This document shows, in pieces, positions 31,515-40,379 of a stretch of DNA of 64,000 nt. A program made the translations under genes and the position numbers. Source of the DNA: Verrucomicrobiota bacterium (GTDB taxonomy: Bacteria > Verrucomicrobiota > Verrucomicrobiia > Opitutales > Coraliomargaritaceae). The stretch lies in assembly GCA_039815375.1 (NCBI GenBank), contig JBCBZJ010000004.1:96001-160000 (forward strand), written 5' to 3'. The notes under the pieces were generated by a model. That model ran no database searches, was not told the DNA's origin, and saw nothing but the letters and a program-made list of their open reading frames with translations. The number at the start of each line of letters is the position of its first letter. Within the stretch, counting starts at the first letter, position 1.

Positions 31515-32267
31515 ATGACGGTATCCGAAAAAGAAACTATCGGCTCTCGAGCGAGCGAAAATCTGGAGGATAGCTTTTGGGGAAATGAAATTCTCTCGGG
31601 ACGGATTGAACAGTGGGAAAGAAAGGCTCGCCTCCGTAGTTTGCGTTGGGCGTTCGTAATTCGTATGGCACTCTTGCTCAAGCGACTACTTGATATCGTA
31701 GGATCGATTTTCGCAATTATCGTTAGCGCGCCGATTACGATTTTCACCTGCCTTGCCATTAAGTTGAATGACGGTGGCCCGGTACTCTTCAAGCAGTTGC
31801 GTGTAGGCGAAAGCGGGAGGCTATTCAAGATTTGGAAGTTCCGCTCAATGGTTCTTAATGCGGACCAGATCAAGGACGAGATTCTCGAGCAAAACCAGCA
31901 TGCAGACGGCGTGACCTTCAAGATGAAAGACGACCCGCGCATCACCAAACCGGGCAAATGGATCCGCAAATTGTCGATCGATGAATTCCCACAATTTATT
32001 AACGTATTGAAAGGTGACATGTCACTGGTCGGGCCACGACCACCAGTGCCGCGGGAGGTTGCACTCTACGGTGCGCGTCATCTGCGGAGGCTGCGAGCCA
32101 AGCCGGGTATCACCTGCCTTTGGCAGATCGGTGGACGAGCGGATATCGACTTTGAAGGTCAGGTTCGCCTCGATCTTCAATACATCCATTCGCAAAGCGT
32201 CCGGCAGGACATCATCATTTTACTGAAAACCATACCAGCCGTCCTACTCGGCAAAGGAGCCTACTAA
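31515..32267 (+). CDS. Priming (undecaprenyl-phosphate) sugar phosphotransferase, Bac_transf family
   Basis: KRLLD, FKIWKFRSM, DDPRIT, SIDEFPQFINVLKGDMSLVGPRP and KPGITCLWQ motifs. Confidence 0.95.
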   Translation: MTVSEKETIGSRASENLEDSFWGNEILSGRIEQWERKARLRSLRWAFVIRMALLLKRLLDIVGSIFAIIVSAPITIFTCLAIKLNDGGPVLFKQLRVGESGRLFKIWKFRSMVLNADQIKDEILEQNQHADGVTFKMKDDPRITKPGKWIRKLSIDEFPQFINVLKGDMSLVGPRPPVPREVALYGARHLRRLRAKPGITCLWQIGGRADIDFEGQVRLDLQYIHSQSVRQDIIILLKTIPAVLLGKGAY

Positions 32268-32272
32268 CAAGC

Positions 32273-33439
32273 GTGACGGACATACCCACCCAGAATCGTA
32301 ATGGGCCCAAGCACTGGCGACTTGCGCTACCGGACTGGGGAGAACTAGATACAATTTGGAAACGCAAGCTACCCTTTGTGCTGTGGAACGTCGGCGAGCA
32401 AGCACTGCTTTTTCACTGGCTCGATGCCGCAGTGGATCAAGGTAGCGAGAGCATTGAGTTGACCGTTGTCGACCGCCCCGTGGATGTGCGTCAACATATT
32501 GCGGATGCCTCACTCTGGCCGATTGAAATCAAGGTGCGCTCGGTCAATTCGATCGATCCGGATAATGTCGATGATATCGTGGACCGGCTACCCGGAACGC
32601 CTACCCTCTCGAAATCTCCGGCAGATGGTTGGTCACTGCTTCGGCATTGGTTCGAAATCGAACAAGATTGGCTTATTCAATTTGCTGAAGACACTAAACA
32701 ATACGGTAAATACGCCGCCATCGGCCGGAGCTGTAAGATCGCCCCTGACGTAAAACTGAATCCTCCATTCTGGATTGGGAATTTTGTCTCTATCGGCCCC
32801 GGCAGCGTCATCGGGCCGGGTGCCGTGGTGGAAGATGGAAGCATCTTACCCGGCGGAAACCGCGTCGAGCGAGGACACGTTGGCGCCTATACCTATCTTG
32901 GCCCGGAAACCAGCCTCTCCGATGCGGCCATCCACAAAAACGAACTCGTTAATTTCAAGCATCAGGCCCACATCAAGAATCTCGAGTCTTTCGTCGCCGG
33001 TGGGCTGGATAAAAACAAACAGGACCATGCCCCAAGTCCTGCCTTCAAGGAGCGCTGGGCTGCATTAAAGCTCTACCTTAAATGGACCTCTCAAGGATCC
33101 GGCAGCGAAATGACATTCACCGACTTAAGTGGCCAAGAGCGGCCCGCTTTGAGCGACAGTTCGGTCGAGGCTCGGCGACCCTGGCTTAAAGAAGTCGTCA
33201 AAGGCAAACTCCTGCTCTTTGGCGTGACTCCGAGAACAGCCGAGAAGCTTAAAGGCGTGCCGGAAGACTGGCAGGCGATTCTTCGCGAAGCCCCGACCGG
33301 TGCTTTCAGCTACGCGGATGTGATGGGGGCACATGACATTGGTTCTGATGAAGAGACCCTCCACAGCGTCTACCAGGCAGGCGTAAATGCAGAGCGCTGC
33401 CACGAACTTTTTAATAACTGGCTCAAAGAACTTACTTAA
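32273..33439 (+). CDS. Chimeric protein: degenerate NTP-transferase N-terminus + left-handed beta-helix + degenerate Bac_transf-like C-terminus
   Basis: QALLFHWLD...DASLWPIEI resembles an NDP-sugar pyrophosphorylase N-terminus without GxGTR; hexapeptide repeats (IGRSCK, IGNFVS, IGPGSV, IGPGAV); PWLKEVVKGKLLLFGVTP...PTGAFSYADV resembles Bac_transf. Confidence 0.65.
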   Translation: MTDIPTQNRNGPKHWRLALPDWGELDTIWKRKLPFVLWNVGEQALLFHWLDAAVDQGSESIELTVVDRPVDVRQHIADASLWPIEIKVRSVNSIDPDNVDDIVDRLPGTPTLSKSPADGWSLLRHWFEIEQDWLIQFAEDTKQYGKYAAIGRSCKIAPDVKLNPPFWIGNFVSIGPGSVIGPGAVVEDGSILPGGNRVERGHVGAYTYLGPETSLSDAAIHKNELVNFKHQAHIKNLESFVAGGLDKNKQDHAPSPAFKERWAALKLYLKWTSQGSGSEMTFTDLSGQERPALSDSSVEARRPWLKEVVKGKLLLFGVTPRTAEKLKGVPEDWQAILREAPTGAFSYADVMGAHDIGSDEETLHSVYQAGVNAERCHELFNNWLKELT

Positions 33440-33452
33440 CCCACTACAAAAT

Positions 33453-33986
33453 ATGAAAGGCATGGTTTTCACCAACTTCCTCGACATGGTTGAGGACAAA
33501 TTCGGCATCGAAACAGTCGATGCGATTATCGAAGATTCGGATATCCCCTCCGGAGGCTCCTACACTGCTGTTGGCACTTATCCACATACTGAAATGGTCG
33601 CACTACTCGTGTCGCTGGAAAAAGCAGTCTCGATTCCAATCCCTCAACTGATGAAGGTCTACGGCGAACATCTTTTCGGAATTCTGGCCAATGGCTACCC
33701 GGTCTTACTTGAAGGCTGCGAGACTAGCCGGGCACTGCTTAAAAAACTCGATGGCGTGATTCACGTCGAGGTGCAAAAGCTCTACCCCGACGCAGAACTC
33801 CCACGCTTCAAAGCTATCGAAAAGCCTGACGGCAAACTTGAGATGCACTACCTTTCGGATCGACATATGGAAGACTTGGCTGAAGGACTTTTGACCGGCT
33901 GCTTTTTGCACTTCAACGAGAAAGCAAATATTACACGCGAATCGGGATATGATGAAACTATCGTATTTACCATTAGTTACGAATAG
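33453..33986 (+). CDS. H-NOX heme NO/O2-binding protein
   Basis: MKGMVF start, YTAVGTYP, proximal His in IHVEVQKLYPDAELP and YxSxR (YLSDR). Start adjusted to ATG at 33453. Confidence 0.95.
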   Translation: MKGMVFTNFLDMVEDKFGIETVDAIIEDSDIPSGGSYTAVGTYPHTEMVALLVSLEKAVSIPIPQLMKVYGEHLFGILANGYPVLLEGCETSRALLKKLDGVIHVEVQKLYPDAELPRFKAIEKPDGKLEMHYLSDRHMEDLAEGLLTGCFLHFNEKANITRESGYDETIVFTISYE

Positions 33987-33991
33987 AAAGC

Positions 33992-36037
33992 ATGGAAGAA
34001 TCCGAAAAGTGGCAAAAACGCTACCAGCGCGAGCGCAAGGCCCGCACTGAGGCCGAGCAGCTACTTGAGGAAAAGAGTCTCGCGCTCTACACGAAGACAC
34101 AGGAGCTCGACGAGCTCGTCGCGAAACAGAAGAATCTTATTGAGGAACGCACACGCGAACTTGCGACTGCCTCCGAGGAAGCAAGGCTTCTTTCCGACGC
34201 GGTCAGCCGCACCGAAAATGGTGTTATCATTACCGGGCCAGACAACAAAGTCATATGGGCAAATCAGGCTATTTGCAAAATATCCGGCTACGAGACCGAA
34301 GAGCTTATCGGCAGTGTCCCCGGGCATGTTCTACAGGGTTCGGAGAGCGAGCAAGACGTCCGCAAATATATGCGCGGCAAGATTCGCTCACGGGAACCTT
34401 TCGAAGCCGACATCCTGAACTACCATAAAGAGGGACACCCCTACTGGATACATCTGCAAGCCACTCCGGTTCTGGATGAAGCAGGCAATTTCAAATACTT
34501 CGTCGCGATCCAGTCTGACATCACCGAAGAACGGGAGACCCGCACTAAGTTAGTGAGCGAAATGAAACGTGCGAACATCATGGCGAAGCGCGCCAAGGAA
34601 GCGAACGCAGCAAAAACGAAGTTTCTCGCGACCATGAGCCACGAGCTGCGCACACCGCTCAACGGAATTATCGGATACGCCCAGATTCTGGAAAAGAGTG
34701 GTTCCATCGAAGAAAAAGCCGGCAACCAAATACGTATCATGCGTCGTAGTGGGGAACACCTGCTCTCGCTGATCAATGACCTTCTTGACATCTCTAAAAT
34801 CGAAGCAGGTAGCCACAATTTAACGCCCTCACGATTTGACTTGAAGGGTATGCTCCAAAGCGTCGTCGAGATTATTAGCTCAAAAGCCTACGAAAAAGGA
34901 CTTGAGCTTATCCTCGATTACAACGAAGGCAAATTCGTTCCAGACAGACACCGCGCACGTCTTTTTGCCGACTCTCGCGCCCTAAGGCAGGTGCTGATCA
35001 ATTTGTTAGGTAACGCAATCAAGTTTACAGACAAAGGCTCAGTCACTATCAAAGTCGAGATCACAGACTTTCGTGGGGAAAACGCGATCTTGAACATCTC
35101 TGTGATCGATACAGGACGAGGCATTCCTGAGGATAAAATCGACACACTGTTTGACGCGTTTAAACAAGTTGATGAGGAACGCGATGTGATTCAAGGCTCA
35201 GGGCTAGGTCTCTTTATCGCACTGCGCCTCGTCCAAGAGATGGGCGACGAGATTCATGTCGGAAGCACACTCGGAGTGGGCAGCTCATTCTCATTTAAGA
35301 TTGAGTGCCCAATGGACTTCACCGAAGATCGCAAAAGTTCTGTCGACCCAAGAAATAGACCCAATGAAGAAAAGTTCTTTCCCTCAGCATATGACGGGAG
35401 GACGCGCAGGTTACTCATAGTCGATGACGTTGAGGACAATCGAAATTTCCTCATCGATCTACTCCAGCCAATCGGATTCGAACTGGAGGAGGCCGAGAAC
35501 GGAACGGAAGCCTTAAAGAAAATCAAGAATAGCAAATACGATCTCGTGCTCAGCGATGTCATCATGCCGTTCATGAGCGGTTATGACTTGATTAAAACAC
35601 TGCGAGCCGATCCAGAATGTAAGGATCTCTGTGTGATCGCAGTGTCGGCCAGCTTGATGCAACTCTCTACCTTAGAGAAAGATAAGATGAAAAATTTCGA
35701 CGGATTTATTTCCAAACCAGTTCAAGCAAGCGAGCTGCTCGCCACCCTTCGAAACAAACTCGAGCTCGACTGGATCTACCCTGAAACTGAAGAGGAGAAA
35801 AGCAGTGCAAGCCAAAATCAGGAAGGCAGTGAAATCAGTTCCGAGAGCAACTACTTGATGCGCTTGCATTGGCTGGCACGCATTGGCGACATCAAGGCAT
35901 TCAAGACGGAATTCAAAGCACTCAAAGACATTGACGAGGATTTCTACAAGAGACTCTCGATCCTGGTTCGTGGCTACAAGGCGCAACAGTCCGCCGAAGC
36001 TATCGAAAATTACATGCATGAGCACAAACATGGCTAG
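33992..36037 (+). CDS. H-NOX-associated hybrid histidine kinase (coiled coil-PAS-HisKA-HATPase-REC)
   Basis: RERKARTEAEQLLEEKS N-terminal coil, PAS/PAC, SHELRTPL H-box, NLLGNAIKF, DTGRG, GSGLGL and REC (VDD..SDVIMP..KP); no TM helix. Confidence 0.93.
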   Translation: MEESEKWQKRYQRERKARTEAEQLLEEKSLALYTKTQELDELVAKQKNLIEERTRELATASEEARLLSDAVSRTENGVIITGPDNKVIWANQAICKISGYETEELIGSVPGHVLQGSESEQDVRKYMRGKIRSREPFEADILNYHKEGHPYWIHLQATPVLDEAGNFKYFVAIQSDITEERETRTKLVSEMKRANIMAKRAKEANAAKTKFLATMSHELRTPLNGIIGYAQILEKSGSIEEKAGNQIRIMRRSGEHLLSLINDLLDISKIEAGSHNLTPSRFDLKGMLQSVVEIISSKAYEKGLELILDYNEGKFVPDRHRARLFADSRALRQVLINLLGNAIKFTDKGSVTIKVEITDFRGENAILNISVIDTGRGIPEDKIDTLFDAFKQVDEERDVIQGSGLGLFIALRLVQEMGDEIHVGSTLGVGSSFSFKIECPMDFTEDRKSSVDPRNRPNEEKFFPSAYDGRTRRLLIVDDVEDNRNFLIDLLQPIGFELEEAENGTEALKKIKNSKYDLVLSDVIMPFMSGYDLIKTLRADPECKDLCVIAVSASLMQLSTLEKDKMKNFDGFISKPVQASELLATLRNKLELDWIYPETEEEKSSASQNQEGSEISSESNYLMRLHWLARIGDIKAFKTEFKALKDIDEDFYKRLSILVRGYKAQQSAEAIENYMHEHKHG

Positions 36038-37136
36038 TAAAGGCGTCATACTTGTCGTTGATGACAACCCGGTGAACCGGGCGGTTCTTTTCGATTACCT
36101 TGACGGGCAGGGCCATCGCGTGCTTGTTGCCGAGACGGGTGAAGCAGCGGTTGAGATCACCGCTCTTACACGGCCCAATGTGATTTTGATGGATATCATG
36201 CTGCCAGGCATAGACGGCTATCAGGCCTGCCGGCAGATCAGGAGCCAGCCAAAAAATAAAGCGATTCCGATTATTTTCATGTCGGCGATGGACGACAATC
36301 AATCCAGAGCAGAAGGTTTGAAAGCCGGCGGTAATGCCTATGTCACAAAGCCCGTGCTCTATGATGAAGTCAGCTCTCTGCTCCACACCTACCTAAAACT
36401 ACAGACATACGAAACAACTGAGCAAACCAGTAAGAGTGGTCAAACACATGCACTATCGGAGTTCAATGCGATCATTGATATCATCGCGCATGACATGAAA
36501 AGCCCACTCGTTTGTATTCTCGGATTTGCGAGTGAACTTGCCGGCGATTTTGCGGACAAGGACGTTCCCGAGGAATGGGCCGAATACGCGTCTATCATAC
36601 AAAAGTCCTCATCCGATGTGGACGTCATTCTTGAAGCACTCGTGCTATTGAAGAACCTTCGTCTGCGTGAGTGGCATGGAAGCGAGCGGATTTCTTTAAC
36701 CGAAACGCTGGAGGCAGTAGCTGCGCGCTATAATTCAATTGAGAATCTGAAGTTCCTTGAACTTGCGCAAAACCTGAAGGCCTTGGAAGTCATGTCGGTC
36801 AGAACGCTGCTCGAAGAAGTTATCCTGATTCTCTGGCGGAACTTTAGCAATTTGAGTGAAGACGAAGCGCCGTCCCTCCTCGTCGAAATAGATAGCTATG
36901 TTAACGAGAGTGGTATGTCTGTTCTCTGCATGGAAGCGACAACCAGAGAGATTAGCAAACAGGAACTACCCTACATCCTTGAGCCAATGACGGGGGGAAA
37001 GCGCAAGAAGGTCAAAGATACCAATATCCTCACCATTTGTGCTCAGAAGATTATCGAATACCTCGCCATCAACGCCTGGGCTGAGGCAACCGATAAAGGC
37101 CTGAAAATCAGCCTCTCTTTTCCTGCACCTGAATAA
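36030..37136 (+). CDS. REC-DHp protein with degenerate ATP-binding domain
   Basis: Intact REC (VVDD, MDIMLP, KP) and H-box AHDMKSPL; no DxGxG or GxGL boxes in the C-terminal part. Start adjusted to ATG at 36030. Confidence 0.8.
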   Translation: MASKGVILVVDDNPVNRAVLFDYLDGQGHRVLVAETGEAAVEITALTRPNVILMDIMLPGIDGYQACRQIRSQPKNKAIPIIFMSAMDDNQSRAEGLKAGGNAYVTKPVLYDEVSSLLHTYLKLQTYETTEQTSKSGQTHALSEFNAIIDIIAHDMKSPLVCILGFASELAGDFADKDVPEEWAEYASIIQKSSSDVDVILEALVLLKNLRLREWHGSERISLTETLEAVAARYNSIENLKFLELAQNLKALEVMSVRTLLEEVILILWRNFSNLSEDEAPSLLVEIDSYVNESGMSVLCMEATTREISKQELPYILEPMTGGKRKKVKDTNILTICAQKIIEYLAINAWAEATDKGLKISLSFPAPE

Positions 37137-37144
37137 CGCAGAGC

Positions 37145-38863
37145 ATGGTCGAAAACGAGTCAGTCATTTACTTTTCTGAATACCGTATCCAGGCGGATGC
37201 GAAACTGATACAACCTATCCGCCAACGTTTTATCGAATTTCTGCTCTCGCTCGGAATCGACGACCGCGAGAAGGAAGGATGGAAGCTTACCTTCACTGAG
37301 GCCGTAAACAACGCAATCGAACATGGCAGTCAGGACAACCCGGAAAAATCGGTCCGCATTCGCTGGTGGTCGACCGAGCAGTCGGTCTGGCTGGAAACCC
37401 AGGATGAAGGAACAGGGCCCGATGAGGAAAAGGCAGCCAACCCGACTCTCCCGGAAGACCCGCTCGCAGAAGGTGGGCGCGGTCTCTTCATCATTCATAA
37501 TTTCGCAGACGACTTCGTTCATTGGCGCAGCCGTGAGGGTTACATCGCCCGGATTGGGAAAACATACCCGCGCTTAAACAGTGTCATGCCACAGAATGCG
37601 GAGATGGATGCGATTCTTGACGAGCTCTCGGACTGCTATGAGAGCCTGTCACTCTACGACCGAATGGCCGAAACGCTGATTCAGGATGAACGTGTGGACA
37701 AGTTCATCGATTCAAGTTTGGAAATCTTCATGGACGCACGGGATTACGATGTGATCGACATCGAGGTCAAAGAACCGGATAAGTCCTCCGAGTATAAATG
37801 GATCGCGACTCTGGTTTCACATGCTGCATTGGGAAAATTAAGGCCTGAGCTTTGGCGAAATCTGGAAGATCAGGAGTCACTCAGTTGGCATGCCGAAAGC
37901 CAAACACATCCCTTGGAACCAAAGTCCGAATACAAAGCTGGAGGTGCCGTTCCAATTTATGTGAACGACCAAGTCGTCGGCCTAATCGCAGCAGCCTACG
38001 AATCAGGCGAACGAAATATGCGCTCAAACGACCTCCGCAACTTGCGGGCGCTCGGCGACATAATCGGTATCGCACTCTCACGCGCGGTGATGCAGCGTGA
38101 ACGCGACGAAAAGAAGCGGCTCGCCACCGAAATCAACATTGCAACCAAGCTGCAGCATCAGCTCCTGCCAATAAGCAAGGAACCGCCGGAAATCGCCGGC
38201 TACAACATATTCATTGACAGTATTTCGGCGCTGGAGATCGCCGGCGACTACGTCGAAGTGCGCCGGAGTTCATCCGACGAGTATCTGGGTTGTGTCATCG
38301 ATGTGATGGGGAAAGGCGTCTCCGCAGCAATTCTAGCCGGCATTTTCAGAAACCAGTTTCTCGCCTTCAGCGAACGTGGCGGAAAGCTGGTTTCCTTCCT
38401 GGAATCAACCAACAAGGCTCTGGAGACTCAGCTTGGTGATGCGACCATGTTCATCACAGCCTTCGTCTTTAAGCTAAACAACCTATCCCATGAGTTTTCC
38501 TACGTTGCTGCGGGGCACCCACCGGCAATCTTCTTCAAGCATGGAGAGGAAACGGAACAATTGCTCTCCAAAGGACCGCCGATTGGCCTCTTTAATGAAA
38601 TCGAATACAGCGAAGACTCAATTACCCTGAATCCACAAGACCGAATCGTTATCGTAACCGACGGTCTCTACGAGTTCAGCACTTCCAAGGACCACATCTA
38701 TGGGTGGGACAGAATGGTCGAGTGGTTCGAAGCCAATAAAAAAGAGGCCTCTGAAATTATATGGCATGAATTCCATGATCTCATCGTCGAAAGCCGGGCA
38801 AAACTTGGTATCCAGCAGGAAGACGACGAAACACTTTTAATTCTAACCCGTGATGCAGAATGA
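37145..38863 (+). CDS. Bifunctional RsbW-like Ser kinase - GAF-like - SpoIIE/PP2C phosphatase
   Basis: Kinase boxes TEAVNNAIEHG, QDEGTG and EGGRGLFII; PP2C motifs AGDY, DVMGKG, AAGHPP, TDGLYE and EDDET. Confidence 0.92.
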   Translation: MVENESVIYFSEYRIQADAKLIQPIRQRFIEFLLSLGIDDREKEGWKLTFTEAVNNAIEHGSQDNPEKSVRIRWWSTEQSVWLETQDEGTGPDEEKAANPTLPEDPLAEGGRGLFIIHNFADDFVHWRSREGYIARIGKTYPRLNSVMPQNAEMDAILDELSDCYESLSLYDRMAETLIQDERVDKFIDSSLEIFMDARDYDVIDIEVKEPDKSSEYKWIATLVSHAALGKLRPELWRNLEDQESLSWHAESQTHPLEPKSEYKAGGAVPIYVNDQVVGLIAAAYESGERNMRSNDLRNLRALGDIIGIALSRAVMQRERDEKKRLATEINIATKLQHQLLPISKEPPEIAGYNIFIDSISALEIAGDYVEVRRSSSDEYLGCVIDVMGKGVSAAILAGIFRNQFLAFSERGGKLVSFLESTNKALETQLGDATMFITAFVFKLNNLSHEFSYVAAGHPPAIFFKHGEETEQLLSKGPPIGLFNEIEYSEDSITLNPQDRIVIVTDGLYEFSTSKDHIYGWDRMVEWFEANKKEASEIIWHEFHDLIVESRAKLGIQQEDDETLLILTRDAE

Positions 38864-39228
38864 AAAAAGTTCTCGTAGTCGATGACGACATTGTAATGTT
38901 CCGCCTGTTTCAGGTGCAGGTAAAACGAGCCGGTTGCGAAGGCTTCTTCTTCCGCGACGGCCAGTCCGTGCTCGACCAGTTCGAAAGCATAAAACCGGAC
39001 CTCGCGGTGCTGGACTATAACCTGCCCGACTACAATGGCGCAGAGCTATATCGCCGCATCCGGGAGATGTCCTGCGGGAAGGACATCCCCATCGTTTTTG
39101 TGACGGGAACAGTTCAGGATGATGAACTGGAAGACATAAAGGCCGTCGGCGCGGATGCCTCTCTCTCCAAACCGTTTAGCCCACGTAAGCTACAGAACCT
39201 CATTAAAGAGCTTCTGGATATCGAATGA
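38860..39228 (+). CDS. Single-domain response regulator
   Basis: VLVVDDD, LDYNLP phosphoacceptor, VTG and SKPF; 122 aa; ATGA-coupled on both sides. Confidence 0.93.
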   Translation: MKKVLVVDDDIVMFRLFQVQVKRAGCEGFFFRDGQSVLDQFESIKPDLAVLDYNLPDYNGAELYRRIREMSCGKDIPIVFVTGTVQDDELEDIKAVGADASLSKPFSPRKLQNLIKELLDIE

Positions 39229-40379
39229 GCCGAACGCTCCATCTCTTCGTCTTTGCAGACGCGCTCGGCTGGGAGCTCGTCCAACACTATGGCATACTGA
39301 AGTCAGTCGCGCCAAACCAAAGCAAATGCGAGACACTCTTAGGCTATTCTGCAACTTGTGATCCAACTATCTTGACCGGGGTTTCACCTCGGGACCACGG
39401 TCACTTTTCCTTTTTCGTGAAGTGCGATCCTGACGAATCGCCATTCAAGGCAATGCGTTATTTCGGTTGGCTTCCGGATCGAATTGCCGGCTATCATAAA
39501 ATCCGCAACAGACTCAGCCGCTATGTTGCCAAATCGAAAGGTTACACCGGCTATTTCCAACTCTACAGTGTGCCTTTCCGTTTCTTGCCCTGGCTCGACT
39601 ACACAGAAAAGAAAGATATCTACGAATCTGGCGGAATCATCGGAGGGCAGGAGTCCATCTTCGAAGCATGGAAGCGTAGCGGAAAAGCATGGAACCGCTC
39701 AGACTGGCGTAATGGCGACGTGAAAAACTACGCCGAGGCCGAAGGCTTAATTGAGAAAGGAGAGGTCGAGTTGATCTACCTCTTCACCGCTGGACTTGAC
39801 GCGATCATGCACCGCTACGGACCCTGGGCCGAACAAACCCACGAGGCATTCAAATCCTTCGAAGCTCGTATTGAGAAACTCATTCAACTGGCTGAAAGCA
39901 AATACAGTGAGGTGCGCCTCGCCATGTTCAGCGATCATGGCATGACGGAAGTTAGGCAGACCTCCGACCTGAGAGTGCGTTGTGAGAAATTACCACTGAA
40001 GTATGGGACTGACTATGTTGGGGTTTGGGATTCGACCATGGCACGATTCTGGTTTAACAACGAGAAAGCTAAAACGCTCATAACCGACTTACTCGAAAGT
40101 GCCCCGGAAGGCCGTATCCTTTCTGCGGATACACTCGCAGAATGGCGCTGTGACTTTCCCAATAATGAATACGGCGAGCTCTTCTACCTGCTTAATCCCG
40201 GCGTCTTGTTCGTCCCCTCATTCCTAAATCTGAGCATAGTCCCCGGCATGCACGGCTATGCTCCGGACAACAAGGATAGCGCGGCATGCTGGCTGACAAA
40301 TTTTGAAACGCATCAACCGGTCACACGGCTGGAAGACATTTACCCAATCATGAAACACGCTGCCCTCGACCATGGCTAA
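39225..40379 (+). CDS. Alkaline-phosphatase superfamily (nucleotide pyrophosphatase/phosphodiesterase-like) protein
   Basis: Metal-site motifs FADALG, ILTGVSP..HG, LDAIMHRYG, FSDHGM and GMHGY; no signal peptide. Confidence 0.85.
   Translation: MSRTLHLFVFADALGWELVQHYGILKSVAPNQSKCETLLGYSATCDPTILTGVSPRDHGHFSFFVKCDPDESPFKAMRYFGWLPDRIAGYHKIRNRLSRYVAKSKGYTGYFQLYSVPFRFLPWLDYTEKKDIYESGGIIGGQESIFEAWKRSGKAWNRSDWRNGDVKNYAEAEGLIEKGEVELIYLFTAGLDAIMHRYGPWAEQTHEAFKSFEARIEKLIQLAESKYSEVRLAMFSDHGMTEVRQTSDLRVRCEKLPLKYGTDYVGVWDSTMARFWFNNEKAKTLITDLLESAPEGRILSADTLAEWRCDFPNNEYGELFYLLNPGVLFVPSFLNLSIVPGMHGYAPDNKDSAACWLTNFETHQPVTRLEDIYPIMKHAALDHG

Noticed and set aside
35883..36029. N-terminal extension of the REC-DHp ORF
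   Set aside because: Overlaps the hybrid kinase; the REC begins at ATG 36030.
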